Assembly: GCA_018334675.1 (NCBI GenBank) | Contig: JAGXLL010000002.1 | Coordinates: forward strand, 29,205 to 93,204 | Length of the DNA stretch: 64,000 bases | Source: Bacteroidales bacterium | GTDB taxonomy: Bacteria; Bacteroidota; Bacteroidia; Bacteroidales; UBA12077 | Direction: 5' to 3' | In this document: positions 37,491 to 48,270 of the stretch, piece after piece | Position numbering within the stretch: position 1 is the stretch's first letter | Layout of the letters: each line of letters opens with the position of its first letter | Position numbers and translations under genes: made by a program | Notes under the pieces: generated by a model | Told to the model about the DNA's origin: nothing | Seen by the model: only the letters and a program-made list of their open reading frames with translations | Database searches by the model: none

Positions 37491-39410
37491 CTATTTATAG
37501 GTGCGCGCTTTTACTTCGACAAACTCAAAGTTCAGGGGTTCCTTGTGGAGCCTGGGCATCTGATCCTCCCCCTGATACTCCCAGGTCGCTACGTACATGT
37601 AGTTCTCATCATCCCGCAGGGCTTCGCCCGCTTCGGTCTGATATTCCTGCCGGAAATGGCCCCCGCACGATTCATTGCGGTTCAGGGCATCCTCGATCAG
37701 CAGCTGACTCATCTCTAAGAAGTCGGCCACCCGAACGGCCTTTTCCATTTCCTGGTTGAGCTCGTTCAGGGTACCCGGGACCTGCAGATCCTTCCAAAAC
37801 TCCTGTTTCAGCTCCCGAACCTCTGTGCGGGCTTTGTTCAAACCCTCTTCACTGCGGAGCATACCACAATGGTCCCACATGATCTTGCCCAGCCTTTTGT
37901 GGAAAGAAGAAGCCGTTTGTGTACCGTTGATGTTCAACAGCTTTTCAAGTCGCTCCCGTACCTTCTGCTCGGCCTCTTCAAATTCCTTTTCCTCAGTAGA
38001 TAAGCGGGGCACCTTGATCTTGTCGGCCAGGTAATTGCCGATGGTGTTGGGCAGGATGAAATAGCCATCGCCGGCTCCTTGCATCAGGGAGCTGGCCCCC
38101 AGCCTGTTGGCTCCATGGTCGGAGAAGTTGGCCTCTCCTATGGCATAAAGTCCGGGAATGGTGGTCATCAGTTCATAATCGACCCATAACCCTCCCATGG
38201 TGTAGTGCCCGGCGGGATAGATGCGCATGGGTGTTTCATAGGGGCTCTCGCCGGTGATCTTTTCATAGAGCTCAAAGAGGTTGCCATATTTACCGCCAAT
38301 GGTTTTGGCGCCCTGTTCCCGGATGGCATGTCTGAATTCCAGGTATACGGCCTGGCCGGTGGGTCCAACGCCGTAGCCTGCATCACATCGCTCCTTAGCT
38401 GCCCGGGAAGCCACATCACGTGGCACCAGGTTGCCGAAGGCCGGATAGCGCCGCTCCAGGTAATAATCCCGCTCCTCTTCCGGTATCTCATTGGGATCGC
38501 GTTTGTCGCCTTTTGCCTTGGGCACCCAGATGCGTCCGTCGTTGCGCAGGGATTCGGACATCAGGGTCAGCTTCGACTGGAAATCGCTTAGCTGTGGGAT
38601 GCAGGTAGGATGGATCTGAATAAAGCTGGGATTGCTGAAAAAAGCCCCATTGCGGTAGGCGATCATGGCCGCCGAACCACTGGATGAGACACCCAGGGTG
38701 GAGAGATAGTAGACGGTGCCATACCCGCCGGTAGCCAACACCACGGCATGGGCAGTATGCCGCTCCAGCTCGCCGGTCACCAGGTTGCGGGCGATGATGC
38801 CGCGGGCCTGTCCGTCCTTGATCACCAACTCCAGCATCTGGCGGCGCGAATACATCTGCACCTTACCCCGGGCGATCATCCTTTTCAGGGCAGAATAGGA
38901 TCCCAGCAGCACCTGCTGCCCGGTCTGTCCCTGGGCATAAAAGGTACGGGATACCTGTACCCCGCCAAAAGAGCGGGTGGTAATCTGGCCGCCGTACTCC
39001 CGGGCAAAAGGTACACCCTGTGCCGTGAGCTGGTCTATGATCCCGTTGCTTACTTCCGCCGCCCGGTACACATTGGCCTCACGGGCCCGGTAATCACCCC
39101 CTTTGATCATATCATAAAAATGCCGGTATACCCCGTCACCGTCATTGCGGTAGTTCTTCGAGGCATTGATGCCGCCCTGGGCCGCCACCGAGTGTGCCCG
39201 GCGCGGACTATCCTGGTAACAGAAAACCTTGACATTGTACCCCAGCTGAGCCAGCGTGGCAGCGGCCGGTGATCCGGCAATGCCCGTGCCGACTACGATG
39301 ATGTCCAGCTTCTTCTTGTTGGCCGGACTCACCAGCTTCATGGTATTCAAATAATTGGTCCACTTTTCTTTTAAGGGTCCTTCGGGTATTTTAGCATCTA
39401 ATGTAGCCAT
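37491..39410 (-). CDS. sdhA: Succinate dehydrogenase/fumarate reductase flavoprotein subunit
   Basis: [40 protein letters not shown]. Confidence 0.96.
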   Translation of the reverse strand: MATLDAKIPEGPLKEKWTNYLNTMKLVSPANKKKLDIIVVGTGIAGSPAAATLAQLGYNVKVFCYQDSPRRAHSVAAQGGINASKNYRNDGDGVYRHFYDMIKGGDYRAREANVYRAAEVSNGIIDQLTAQGVPFAREYGGQITTRSFGGVQVSRTFYAQGQTGQQVLLGSYSALKRMIARGKVQMYSRRQMLELVIKDGQARGIIARNLVTGELERHTAHAVVLATGGYGTVYYLSTLGVSSSGSAAMIAYRNGAFFSNPSFIQIHPTCIPQLSDFQSKLTLMSESLRNDGRIWVPKAKGDKRDPNEIPEEERDYYLERRYPAFGNLVPRDVASRAAKERCDAGYGVGPTGQAVYLEFRHAIREQGAKTIGGKYGNLFELYEKITGESPYETPMRIYPAGHYTMGGLWVDYELMTTIPGLYAIGEANFSDHGANRLGASSLMQGAGDGYFILPNTIGNYLADKIKVPRLSTEEKEFEEAEQKVRERLEKLLNINGTQTASSFHKRLGKIMWDHCGMLRSEEGLNKARTEVRELKQEFWKDLQVPGTLNELNQEMEKAVRVADFLEMSQLLIEDALNRNESCGGHFRQEYQTEAGEALRDDENYMYVATWEYQGEDQMPRLHKEPLNFEFVEVKARTYK

Positions 39411-39455
39411 AATATAGAATGTTACTTTTTACAATTTTGTGTGGTAAAGCAGGTA

Positions 39456-40127
39456 TTAGCCGGAAGTGATCAGGAAGTAGACAGGAATGCTTGCGAACCC
39501 CACCCCCATGATCACAGCAAAGACATAGGCAATGCGCTTCAAACGGATCCGCCACAGGTCATTATCCCATCCCAGACTCTGAAAAGCAGCCCAGAAACCA
39601 TGAGATAGATGGAGGCCGAGGAACAAAGCACCCAGAATATAAATCACGTCATACCACCACCAATTGATGAACAATCCCGATACCAGGCCGTATAAGTTCT
39701 CCATCTCCGTGCCCTCGACCATTACCGTGTCGAGATGCCCAAACCTGACTTTCCAGTAAAAATTGGACAGGTGGATCACCAGGAAAATCAGGATCAGCAC
39801 GCCCAAAATGAACATGTTCCTGGATGGCCATGTCGTGCTGCCCCACCTGTCGACCTTTTTATAGCGGACCGGACGGTAACGCTGGTTCTGCAGGGTGAGG
39901 TAGGCAGAATAGATGATGTGGATGATGAAGCCCAGGGCAAGTATTGGCTCCAAAATCCTGATAAACGGATTGGTCACCATGAAATGAGCAGCCGAGTTAA
40001 AGGCATCGGAACCGACCATCAAAAGGGAATTGACGGACAGGTGAACAATCAGAAACAACATCAGAAAGATCCCGGTGATGCTCATTATGAACTTCTTGCC
40101 GACAGGAGAGGTAAAAAAATGGCTCAT
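39456..40127 (-). CDS. sdhC: Succinate dehydrogenase cytochrome b subunit
   Basis: GKKFIMSITG, five TM helices with heme-ligand His (VHL, IHI, IHL, HLSHGF..FQSLG). Confidence 0.93.
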   Translation of the reverse strand: MSHFFTSPVGKKFIMSITGIFLMLFLIVHLSVNSLLMVGSDAFNSAAHFMVTNPFIRILEPILALGFIIHIIYSAYLTLQNQRYRPVRYKKVDRWGSTTWPSRNMFILGVLILIFLVIHLSNFYWKVRFGHLDTVMVEGTEMENLYGLVSGLFINWWWYDVIYILGALFLGLHLSHGFWAAFQSLGWDNDLWRIRLKRIAYVFAVIMGVGFASIPVYFLITSG

Positions 40128-40261
40128 AGGTATGGTTTTTTGGTAAATTTTATAAACTTGCAGAAAGTGCTCAAGTGGGGTTATATACAAATATATTGGC
40201 CGCAAAGGGTAAATGAAATGTTTCTCAGCAGAAAATTGACAATTTAAACTTATTCTAAGTT

Positions 40262-41527
40262 ATGGAGCCAACATCTCATCAGAATCTCTTTGAGCGAAAC
40301 AGAACAAAACTGACCGTTGAAATGGGAAAGGAGGAACTGGTGGTGATGTTTTCCGGTCAAAGAATGCCACGCAACGGCGACCAGTACTTCCCTTTCCGGC
40401 AGGATTCCGATTTTTTCTACCTCACAGGCATTGAACAACCCGACAGCATACTTGTGCTCAACAAATCCGACGCCTTCCTCTTCATCACAGAACCATCCGG
40501 GCAGGTGGCCCTCTGGGAAGGACAACAGCTGGATGCCGAAAAAGCCCGGGGCATCTCCGGTATTGAAAACATCAGGTGGCTTGGCGAGTTTGAAAAAATA
40601 ACGGAAAAACTCCTGCAGACGCACCATACCATCTGTTTCAACCTCCCGGAGAAGATTCCCTCCGGAAAACCCCCCTCCCGGGATGCCTTGTACCTGGAAG
40701 AATTTACAAAGACCCATCCCTTTCACCGCATTCGTTCGCTCAGGCCCCGGATGAAAAAACTCCGGCTGAAAAAGGAACCCGAAGAACTGGAGCACATACG
40801 CGGGGCCATTGGCATTACCCATCAAGCCTTCAACCGGGTACTGCAAATACTCAAACCCGGGATAAAGGAAAAGACCATCGAGGCTGAGATCACACATCAA
40901 CTCATCATCAGTGGGGCTCAGGGTTTTGCATTCGACCCGATCATGGCGTCGGGGAACAATGCAACTACGCTTCATTACACCGCCAACAGTGCCATCTGCA
41001 AAAACGAGGACTTATTGCTGATGGATTTTGGGGCGGAATACCGGAACTACGCCGCCGACATAACCCGAACCATACCGGTCAGCGGTAAGTACACCCCCCG
41101 ACAGAAAGAATGCTACCAGGCCGTGCTGGAGGTGATGAATGAACTCATGGATGAGATCAAACCGGGCACCACCATCGCACAACTCCAACAACAGGTAGCC
41201 AGGGCGCTCTCCCAAAAACACCAGCAGCTGGGTCTCTACACTACCAGTGATGTCAAGGAGGAGGAAAATCGGTGGAAAAAATATTTCCCCCATGGAGTAT
41301 CGCACTTCATGGGTCTGGACGTCCACGACTACGGCGATAAAAACACCGTGCTGGAAAAAGGAATGGTCATCAGCTGGGAACCCGGTCTGTATATCCCGGA
41401 AGAAGACATCGGCATACGCATTGAAGATGACATCCTGGTGGACGATAAACCGGTCAACCTCTCGGGGGACATCCCCAAAGACCCCGGACAAATAGAATCA
41501 CTGATGCAGGAAAAAGCAACGACATGA
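40262..41527 (+). CDS. Xaa-Pro aminopeptidase (M24B), second paralog
   Basis: FRQDSDFFYLTG, DFGAE...ADITRT, HGVSHFMGLDVHD, EPGLY, RIEDD. Confidence 0.93.
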   Translation: MEPTSHQNLFERNRTKLTVEMGKEELVVMFSGQRMPRNGDQYFPFRQDSDFFYLTGIEQPDSILVLNKSDAFLFITEPSGQVALWEGQQLDAEKARGISGIENIRWLGEFEKITEKLLQTHHTICFNLPEKIPSGKPPSRDALYLEEFTKTHPFHRIRSLRPRMKKLRLKKEPEELEHIRGAIGITHQAFNRVLQILKPGIKEKTIEAEITHQLIISGAQGFAFDPIMASGNNATTLHYTANSAICKNEDLLLMDFGAEYRNYAADITRTIPVSGKYTPRQKECYQAVLEVMNELMDEIKPGTTIAQLQQQVARALSQKHQQLGLYTTSDVKEEENRWKKYFPHGVSHFMGLDVHDYGDKNTVLEKGMVISWEPGLYIPEEDIGIRIEDDILVDDKPVNLSGDIPKDPGQIESLMQEKATT

Positions 41528-42249
41528 TCCATAAAACCCGGGCCCTGGTATTACATCACATCAAATACAGCGATACCAGCATCATCATGCATGCATACAC
41601 CGAAGCATATGGCAGGCTCAGCTTTATGGTCCAGGGAGTAAGAAAAAGAAACAGCCGGATGAAGATCGGCCTTTTTCAACCCCTTTCTATCCTGGACCTG
41701 GAAATACAATACAAGGAAAAAAGACAGCTGCAGAAAATCAGGGAAGCACGCAACGCCCACCCTTTCCAAAGTATCCCCCATGACTACCGCAAAACCAGCA
41801 TGGCCCTCTTCATGGCCGAACTGCTCTACAAAACCCTTCGGGAAGAGCAGCCCGATCCGGATCTGTTCCATTTCCTCATGAACCATCTGCGGGTGTTTGA
41901 TCTGAAAAAAAAGGGACTGGCCAACTTTCACCTCTTTTTCATGACCCAGCTTACCAAATACCTGGGCTTCTTCCCCCACAACAACTTCGATGAGTCCAAC
42001 GTATATTTCGACAGCAACAAAGGCTGCTTTATCCCCTTCAAACCCCACCACAACCACTACCTGGAAAAGCCTGAGAGTGAGTTTTTTCATGCCCTCCTCC
42101 GGCATTCCCCCGACCAACATGAGGAACGGATCATTCCCAAATCAAGCCGCCTGAAATTGCTTCATGCCCTGGTTGACTTCTACTACCTCCATAATCCGGC
42201 AATGGGGCATATCCATTCCTTCGAAATACTCCGGGAAACATTTCGTTGA
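41524..42249 (+). CDS. recO: DNA repair protein RecO
   Basis: KTRALVLHHIKYSDTSII..YTE..G, LFQPL, YLGFFP. Confidence 0.92.
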   Translation: MIHKTRALVLHHIKYSDTSIIMHAYTEAYGRLSFMVQGVRKRNSRMKIGLFQPLSILDLEIQYKEKRQLQKIREARNAHPFQSIPHDYRKTSMALFMAELLYKTLREEQPDPDLFHFLMNHLRVFDLKKKGLANFHLFFMTQLTKYLGFFPHNNFDESNVYFDSNKGCFIPFKPHHNHYLEKPESEFFHALLRHSPDQHEERIIPKSSRLKLLHALVDFYYLHNPAMGHIHSFEILRETFR

Positions 42250-42358
42250 TTTGGTGAATGGATCGATTATTTTGATAAAACATGCTCACTTCTTCATGGC
42301 AGAGATCTTCCATGAAAATTTAATTTGTAAATTTACGCTCATTTTTAAATCAGCGCTG

Positions 42359-43495
42359 ATGTTTGGCAACAAGCTTAAAGACACCACAAAGGATCTGTTT
42401 TCCATTATTACCGACAAGGCCAGTGAGATGGATGCCATCAACCTGGTACAGCCCCGCTATAGCGACTGTCCGAAGAAACTGGCTTCCCTGGCGAATCAAT
42501 ACATTACAGGAGCTTACAACCACTATGCACCCCCCTATGGTGTATATGAGCTCAGAAAACAAATTGCCGCAAAAATTCAAACCGACTATCAACGCCAGGT
42601 GGACCCCATCAGCGAGATCACCATCACGGCAGGGGCTAACCAGGCCGTTTATACGGCCATCAGCACCCTCGTCTCAGAGGAAGATGAAGTAGTGGTTTTT
42701 GAGCCTGCTTACAAGAGCTATGTCCCCTCCATTCAAAATGCAGGAGGACGCCCCATATATGTACCCCTCAAAATGCCCGACTATCACATCGACTGGTCGG
42801 AGCTGCAGAAGGTGATCAACCCCCGGACTAAAATGATCGTCATCAACACGCCGCACAACCCTACCGGAACGCTGCTGTCTCAAAACGACCTGGTACGGCT
42901 GAGAAAAATCGTCAACGGCACCAACATCACCATCCTGAGCGACGAGGTATTCGAACACTTTATTTTCGGGGATCATGAACACCAGAGCATCCTGCAGATC
43001 CCGGAGCTTTACCAAAGAAGCATTGTAGTATCTTCCTTTGGCAAATTATTTAATATACCCGGCTGGAAAATCGGTTACTGCATCGCCCCTGAAAAACTCT
43101 CGCACGAAATACAAAAAACCCACACCTTCCAGATCAATTCGGTGAATACACCCCTGCAGCATGCCCTGGCCGATTATCTGCAGGAAGGTATGGATGTGCA
43201 GGCGATCAAAGACAAGTATGAGGCCAAAAAAGACCTGGTACAACAATACCTGCGGAACTCCAAATTCAAAATGATAGAATCCCGGGGCAGCTATTTCCAA
43301 CTGCTGAAATTCGATGCCATCAGCCAAAAAAAGGATACCGAATTTGTTCCTGAACTGATCAAAGACCATAAGGTGGCACTATTCCCCCTTTCCTTTTATT
43401 ACCATGATTTTGTTGACAATCATGTAGTGGGGCTCAGTTTTGCACAACCCGACGATCACCTGAAAAAAGGTCTTGAAATCCTGAAAGATATCTAA
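42359..43495 (+). CDS. Class I PLP aminotransferase (YbdL/methionine aminotransferase-like, divergent)
   Basis: EPAY, NTPHNPTG, SDEV, SSFGK...GWKIGY; start placed at ATG 42359. Confidence 0.85.
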   Translation: MFGNKLKDTTKDLFSIITDKASEMDAINLVQPRYSDCPKKLASLANQYITGAYNHYAPPYGVYELRKQIAAKIQTDYQRQVDPISEITITAGANQAVYTAISTLVSEEDEVVVFEPAYKSYVPSIQNAGGRPIYVPLKMPDYHIDWSELQKVINPRTKMIVINTPHNPTGTLLSQNDLVRLRKIVNGTNITILSDEVFEHFIFGDHEHQSILQIPELYQRSIVVSSFGKLFNIPGWKIGYCIAPEKLSHEIQKTHTFQINSVNTPLQHALADYLQEGMDVQAIKDKYEAKKDLVQQYLRNSKFKMIESRGSYFQLLKFDAISQKKDTEFVPELIKDHKVALFPLSFYYHDFVDNHVVGLSFAQPDDHLKKGLEILKDI

Positions 43496-43645
43496 AAGAG
43501 AACGCACGTAGAACTTTTCCTGCAGGTTCTTTCCCACTATAGGCGGTTGAAGACAACAGGTTCATGCGGGAATGGACATACAATGGAAATCATTTAACAT
43601 TCAAATTTTATGTATATATTTGAATAATAAGTAAACGAAGCTATT

Positions 43646-45163
43646 ATGCAGATTATTAATTCATTGGTTAATTGGCTTAATATCAAGCGGATGTATCAGA
43701 TCGAGCTGTTCAAAAAACATCCGGTAGATGTTCAGCAGGAGCAGCTCTTCAAGATCGTGGGCAGGGCAGCTAACACGGAATGGGGGCAGAAATACGGATA
43801 CCACTCCGTGAACAGCGTACGCGATTTCCAGGAAAGAGTACCCATCAACCGTTATGAAGAACTCAAACCCTATGTCGACCGGTTGCTGAAGGGAGAAACC
43901 AATGTGCTCTGGCCCGGCAGCATTCGCTGGTTTGCCAAATCCTCCGGCACCACAAGCGACAAGAGCAAATTCATACCGGTGAGCAAGGAAGCACTGGAAA
44001 ACTGTCATTTCAGGGGCGGCAAAGATACCCTGGCCATCTATTTCTCCAATTATCCCGATTCAAAGCTATACTCGGGCAAGGGGCTTACCCTGGGCGGCAG
44101 TCAGCAGATCAACAAGATCAACAACAAATCTTTTTACGGGGATCTCTCAGCCATCCTGATCGACAACATGCCCTTCTGGACGTACTTTGTCAAGACTCCC
44201 CGCCAGGACATTGCCCTGATGGCCGAATGGGAAGAAAAACTCGAGAAGCTCAGCGAGGCCACCATCAAGGAAAATATCACCAACATCAACGGCGTACCCT
44301 CCTGGATGCTGGTGCTTTTGAAACACATCCTTAAGAAAACAGGCAAAGACAACATTCTGGAGGTATGGCCCAACCTGGAGCTTTTTGTGCATGGAGGGGT
44401 CAGCTTCGAGCCTTACAAAGACCATTTCAGAAAGATCATCCCTGCCGACAACATGCGTTATGTGGAAGCCTACAATGCTTCGGAAGGATTCTTCGCCATT
44501 CAGGATTCCCCTTACCGAAAAGATATGCTGCTGATGCTTGACTACGGGGTGTTCTATGAATTCATCCCTATGGACGAGCTGGGCAAAGACCATCCCCGCG
44601 CCCTGACACTCGGGGAAGTAGAGACCGGCACCAACTACGCCATCGTGATATCTACCAACGGAGGATTATGGCGTTATATGATCGGCGATACCATTCAATT
44701 CACCAGCACATTCCCCCATAAAATCAAGATATCAGGCCGAACCAAGCACTTCATCAATGCCTTTGGTGAGGAAGTGATCATCGATAACGCAAAAAATGCG
44801 TTAAAAAAAGCGTGTGACAAAACGGGCGCGATGATCAAAGAGTATACGGCTGCTCCGGTATATATGGGTACGCAATCCAAAGGCAAGCACGAATGGATCG
44901 TAGAATTTGAAAAGCAACCCAAAGATCTGGAGTATTTCAGGCATGTACTGGACAATGCCCTGCAATCGATCAATTCCGATTACGAGGCCAAACGCTATAA
45001 AAACATCACCCTTGATCCCCCGTTGGTGCATCAGGCCCAACCCGGGTTGTTTTATCAATGGATGAAGAAGCGCGGCAAGCTAGGCGGCCAGAACAAAGTG
45101 CCCCGCCTGTCCAACGACCGCAAATACATCGACGACCTGCTTGAAATGAACAGTCAAATGTAA
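43646..45163 (+). CDS. GH3-family (acyl acid-amido synthetase-like) protein
   Basis: AKSSGTTSDKSKFIP, YNASEGFF, GLWRYMIGD, GGQNKVPRL. Confidence 0.92.
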   Translation: MQIINSLVNWLNIKRMYQIELFKKHPVDVQQEQLFKIVGRAANTEWGQKYGYHSVNSVRDFQERVPINRYEELKPYVDRLLKGETNVLWPGSIRWFAKSSGTTSDKSKFIPVSKEALENCHFRGGKDTLAIYFSNYPDSKLYSGKGLTLGGSQQINKINNKSFYGDLSAILIDNMPFWTYFVKTPRQDIALMAEWEEKLEKLSEATIKENITNINGVPSWMLVLLKHILKKTGKDNILEVWPNLELFVHGGVSFEPYKDHFRKIIPADNMRYVEAYNASEGFFAIQDSPYRKDMLLMLDYGVFYEFIPMDELGKDHPRALTLGEVETGTNYAIVISTNGGLWRYMIGDTIQFTSTFPHKIKISGRTKHFINAFGEEVIIDNAKNALKKACDKTGAMIKEYTAAPVYMGTQSKGKHEWIVEFEKQPKDLEYFRHVLDNALQSINSDYEAKRYKNITLDPPLVHQAQPGLFYQWMKKRGKLGGQNKVPRLSNDRKYIDDLLEMNSQM

Positions 45164-45165
45164 AC

Positions 45166-45987
45166 ATGGCCATGGTGAGAACGGTCCTGCTTGGAACGAT
45201 CCTGCTGACGCTCTTCCCTCTGCGGGCAGAGCCTTTTGAACTGATCAAAAAAGTGCCCGTGCCGGCCAAACACTACTCGGTCGACATCATGGGCCACATC
45301 TACTGGTCGCAAGACGCTACCCTGATCCGTCTCGACCCCGCCACCGGTGAAAAAACCGAGTACACCAACACCTTTCTGGGTGACATACACTCCTGGGATG
45401 CCTCCAATCCATTTAAAATAGGGGTTTTTCACAAAGATTTCAATACCCTGGTCTTTCTCGATCAATCCCTCTCCACCATACGCTCTCCGGTCAACCTCGA
45501 TGAGCTTACCGCCAGCCAGGCTACTGCAACCTGCCTGTCCCAACAGGGAGGCTTCTGGTTGGTCAATGCCTCCACAGGCCAGATTCAACAGTATGATCCC
45601 GGGCTGAATCAAATCAACCAGTCAACTGCCATACCCGAACTTTCGACACGCCATCAAAGCAACCCGCTCATCAGAGCACACAACCGGCAGCTCTACTGCC
45701 TGATACCCCATTGCTGTGCCCTGGTTTTCGACCGTTTCGGCAACCTGCAACGACGCCGCCCTTTAAAAAATGTTGATAACATTCAAATCCTCAACCAAAA
45801 TATTTATTATTTTTACAAAGGTGATTTATACAGGCTTGATAAGGACCTGCAAAGCACCGGCAAAATACACCTGCCCACAGGTAAAGGCAAGTGGGATTTT
45901 GCAAGAATGGGACCCCGGAACAGGCTCTACCTGTTGAAGAAAGATCAATTGTACATTTACAAAATCGATAAAACACCGGTTACGTGA
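45166..45987 (+). CDS. Hypothetical secreted protein (beta-propeller-like)
   Basis: Signal peptide; D..GHIY, DASNPFKI..F, LVFLD; operon-like spacing. Confidence 0.7.
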   Translation: MAMVRTVLLGTILLTLFPLRAEPFELIKKVPVPAKHYSVDIMGHIYWSQDATLIRLDPATGEKTEYTNTFLGDIHSWDASNPFKIGVFHKDFNTLVFLDQSLSTIRSPVNLDELTASQATATCLSQQGGFWLVNASTGQIQQYDPGLNQINQSTAIPELSTRHQSNPLIRAHNRQLYCLIPHCCALVFDRFGNLQRRRPLKNVDNIQILNQNIYYFYKGDLYRLDKDLQSTGKIHLPTGKGKWDFARMGPRNRLYLLKKDQLYIYKIDKTPVT

Positions 45988-46226
45988 AAAGGAAGCAAAA
46001 AAAGAAAGAAGAAAACCTCAAACGCATCCATCGCAAATCCATCCTGTTTAACAAACGTGAGCTCAACGCCATCAACCATTATTGCCGCAAATACAAGATA
46101 AAAAACCGGTCAAAATTCATGCGTGAAACCATCATCAGTGCCATCCTCCAAAGATTCGACGAAGATCATCCCTCTCTTTTTGAGGATCAACCCAACTTAT
46201 TCGCCCCCTCTAAAAGAAATTATTAA
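45984..46226 (+). CDS. Small basic conserved hypothetical protein
   Basis: YCRKYKIKNRSKFMRETII...DHPSLF; 4-nt overlap with the upstream gene. Confidence 0.7.
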   Translation: MKRKQKKKEENLKRIHRKSILFNKRELNAINHYCRKYKIKNRSKFMRETIISAILQRFDEDHPSLFEDQPNLFAPSKRNY

Positions 46227-46238
46227 AAACACGATTAT

Positions 46239-46853
46239 ATGCACATAGCCATAGCAGGAAACATAGGCTCCGGGAAAACAACACTCGCCGGTCTTCTGGC
46301 AAAACACTACGGTTGGGAAGCCCATTATGAAAAGGTGGATGACAATCCCTATCTCAATGACTTCTACGAAGACATGCAACGGTGGTCGTTCAATCTTCAG
46401 ATATATTTCCTGAATTCCCGTTTCAGTCAGATCCTGAAGATCAAAAATTTAGATAAAACGGTTATACAAGACCGCACCATATACGAAGACGCACATATCT
46501 TTGCTCCCAACCTGCACTCCATGGGGCTGATGTCAACCCGGGACTTCGAGAATTATTTCTCCCTGTTCAGCCTGATGAGCTCCCTGATCGAGCCGCCCGA
46601 TCTGATCCTCTATCTCAAGGGCAGTGTGCCCACCCTGGTCAAACAGATCCAGAAAAGGGGACGGGAATACGAAAACAATATCCGCCTCGACTACCTGAAG
46701 AAATTGAATGAACGTTACGAAACATGGGTAGACAGCTACAACCTGGGCAAACTGCTTGTGATCAACGTGGACAACCTGAATTTTTCCGAAAACAAGGAAG
46801 ACCTGAGAAAGGTGATCGACCGGATTGATGCCGAAATCCACGGTTTATTCTAA
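46239..46853 (+). CDS. Deoxynucleoside kinase
   Basis: GNIGSGKTT P-loop, LQIYFL, QDRTIYED, RGREYE. Confidence 0.93.
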   Translation: MHIAIAGNIGSGKTTLAGLLAKHYGWEAHYEKVDDNPYLNDFYEDMQRWSFNLQIYFLNSRFSQILKIKNLDKTVIQDRTIYEDAHIFAPNLHSMGLMSTRDFENYFSLFSLMSSLIEPPDLILYLKGSVPTLVKQIQKRGREYENNIRLDYLKKLNERYETWVDSYNLGKLLVINVDNLNFSENKEDLRKVIDRIDAEIHGLF

Positions 46854-46875
46854 AGATTATTTTTTTCGGTTGGGT

Positions 46876-46904
46876 TACAACTAAATCACGGTTTGATTCG
46901 TCTA
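46876..46904 (+). promoter_or_regulatory. Putative ECF-sigma promoter (TACAACT-N16-CGTCTA) for the lipoprotein-sigma-anti-sigma operon
   Basis: AAC/CGT ECF-type boxes; the motif recurs before three more genes of the cluster. Confidence 0.6.
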
Positions 46905-46923
46905 ACAGATAGATTACAATCAA

Positions 46924-47709
46924 ATGATAATCATGAAACGATATCTAATGCTGACTTTCATTGCATTTATCCTGGCAGGGTTATCTTCCTGCACCGAGGA
47001 TGAATTCATTGAACCGGCAACCGTAGATCTAAAGATCACGATGACCCATACCGAGCCCTTCGACGATCCCGGAGGTGGCCCACCCTTTGACGATGAGCTG
47101 GAGTTTTCCACGGGAAAACTGCAGCTGAGCTCCCTGGAGTTTGAGGGGGAAAGGGAAAACAATGACAGCCACTACTTCTCCAGGGACTTCTCCGAAGTAT
47201 TGGTGGCCGATCTGAGCGAAGGGGAGCTGAATCAGTCGGTGAGCTTCGACATACCCCAGGGCAGCTATAACCACATCCGGCTGAAACTGCATACTTGTGC
47301 GACCGACAGTTGTGCCGGCTTGGTTTTCCGGGGCAGATGGGAACAGGACGATGACGATGACGACGAGGATGATGGCACCAGCAAAAAACGGGGTCTTATC
47401 CCCGGTGATCCCGAAGAACTGCCCATTGAGCTTAATTTCTTTCAGCAGGCCGAGACCATCCCCCTGACACTTAAAACCCAGGACAACCAACAACAAATAC
47501 TGATCGAACAGGACAACTGGGATACCCTGGAGATCACCATCGACCTGGCCCATATGTTCCGTTATATCAACCCGGCTAAATTGGGGCAGGCCCAGGTTCA
47601 TGGCATCGGTAATCAAAGAAGAATCATTATTTCAGCCAATCATAACACGGAAATATATTACAGCCTGATGGAAAGGGTGGAAAGATCCATCCAGGCTGTC
47701 ATCAAATAA
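46924..47709 (+). CDS. Hypothetical surface lipoprotein (family A, copy 1)
   Basis: Lipobox LSSC followed by acidic TEDE; paralog of 50888-51610. Confidence 0.8.
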   Translation: MIIMKRYLMLTFIAFILAGLSSCTEDEFIEPATVDLKITMTHTEPFDDPGGGPPFDDELEFSTGKLQLSSLEFEGERENNDSHYFSRDFSEVLVADLSEGELNQSVSFDIPQGSYNHIRLKLHTCATDSCAGLVFRGRWEQDDDDDDEDDGTSKKRGLIPGDPEELPIELNFFQQAETIPLTLKTQDNQQQILIEQDNWDTLEITIDLAHMFRYINPAKLGQAQVHGIGNQRRIIISANHNTEIYYSLMERVERSIQAVIK

Positions 47710-47720
47710 ACCAATCATTC

Positions 47721-48266
47721 ATGGGGGAACGGGAATTGTACAGCGACGCTGAACTGGTTCAGGGTTGTAAAAACAATAATCGCAAATACCAGGAATTGCT
47801 GTACCGCAAATATGCCAAAAAGATGTACGGCATTTGCCTGAGTTACGCCACAGACCGGTCGATGGCCCAGGATATGCTGCAGGATGGTTTCATCAAGGTC
47901 TTCAAAAAGATCGATACCTTCCGCGAGCAGGGATCCCTGGAAGGATGGGTGCGGCGGATCATCACGAACACAGCCCTGGATTACATGAGACAGAAATCAA
48001 GAACCTTCGACTTCATCGATCACAATCAGGAGGTGGAGGAGCAGCAACTGGACAACAGCATCATGGAAAAAATCAACAGCGACGGACTTTTCAGGATCAT
48101 TGAGCAACTGCCCCAGGGCGCACGAATGGTATTCAACCTTTATGCAGTGGAAGGATATACCCATAAAGAGATCGCAGATAAACTGGAGATCACCGAGGGT
48201 ACTTCCAAATCGCAGTTTAAGCGGGCACGGGCTCTGTTAAAAAATTTGATCCAAGATCTGATATAA
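47721..48266 (+). CDS. ECF RNA polymerase sigma factor
   Basis: AQDMLQDGFIKVF, GSLEGWVRRI, EGYTHKEIA..L.ITEGTSKSQ. Confidence 0.95.
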   Translation: MGERELYSDAELVQGCKNNNRKYQELLYRKYAKKMYGICLSYATDRSMAQDMLQDGFIKVFKKIDTFREQGSLEGWVRRIITNTALDYMRQKSRTFDFIDHNQEVEEQQLDNSIMEKINSDGLFRIIEQLPQGARMVFNLYAVEGYTHKEIADKLEITEGTSKSQFKRARALLKNLIQDLI

Positions 48267-48270
48267 TACA

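Noticed and set aside
35102-41527. Composite element formed by two pepP genes flanking sdhCAB
   Set aside because: The paralogs are highly diverged, both have intact metal ligands, and there are no terminal repeats or mobility genes
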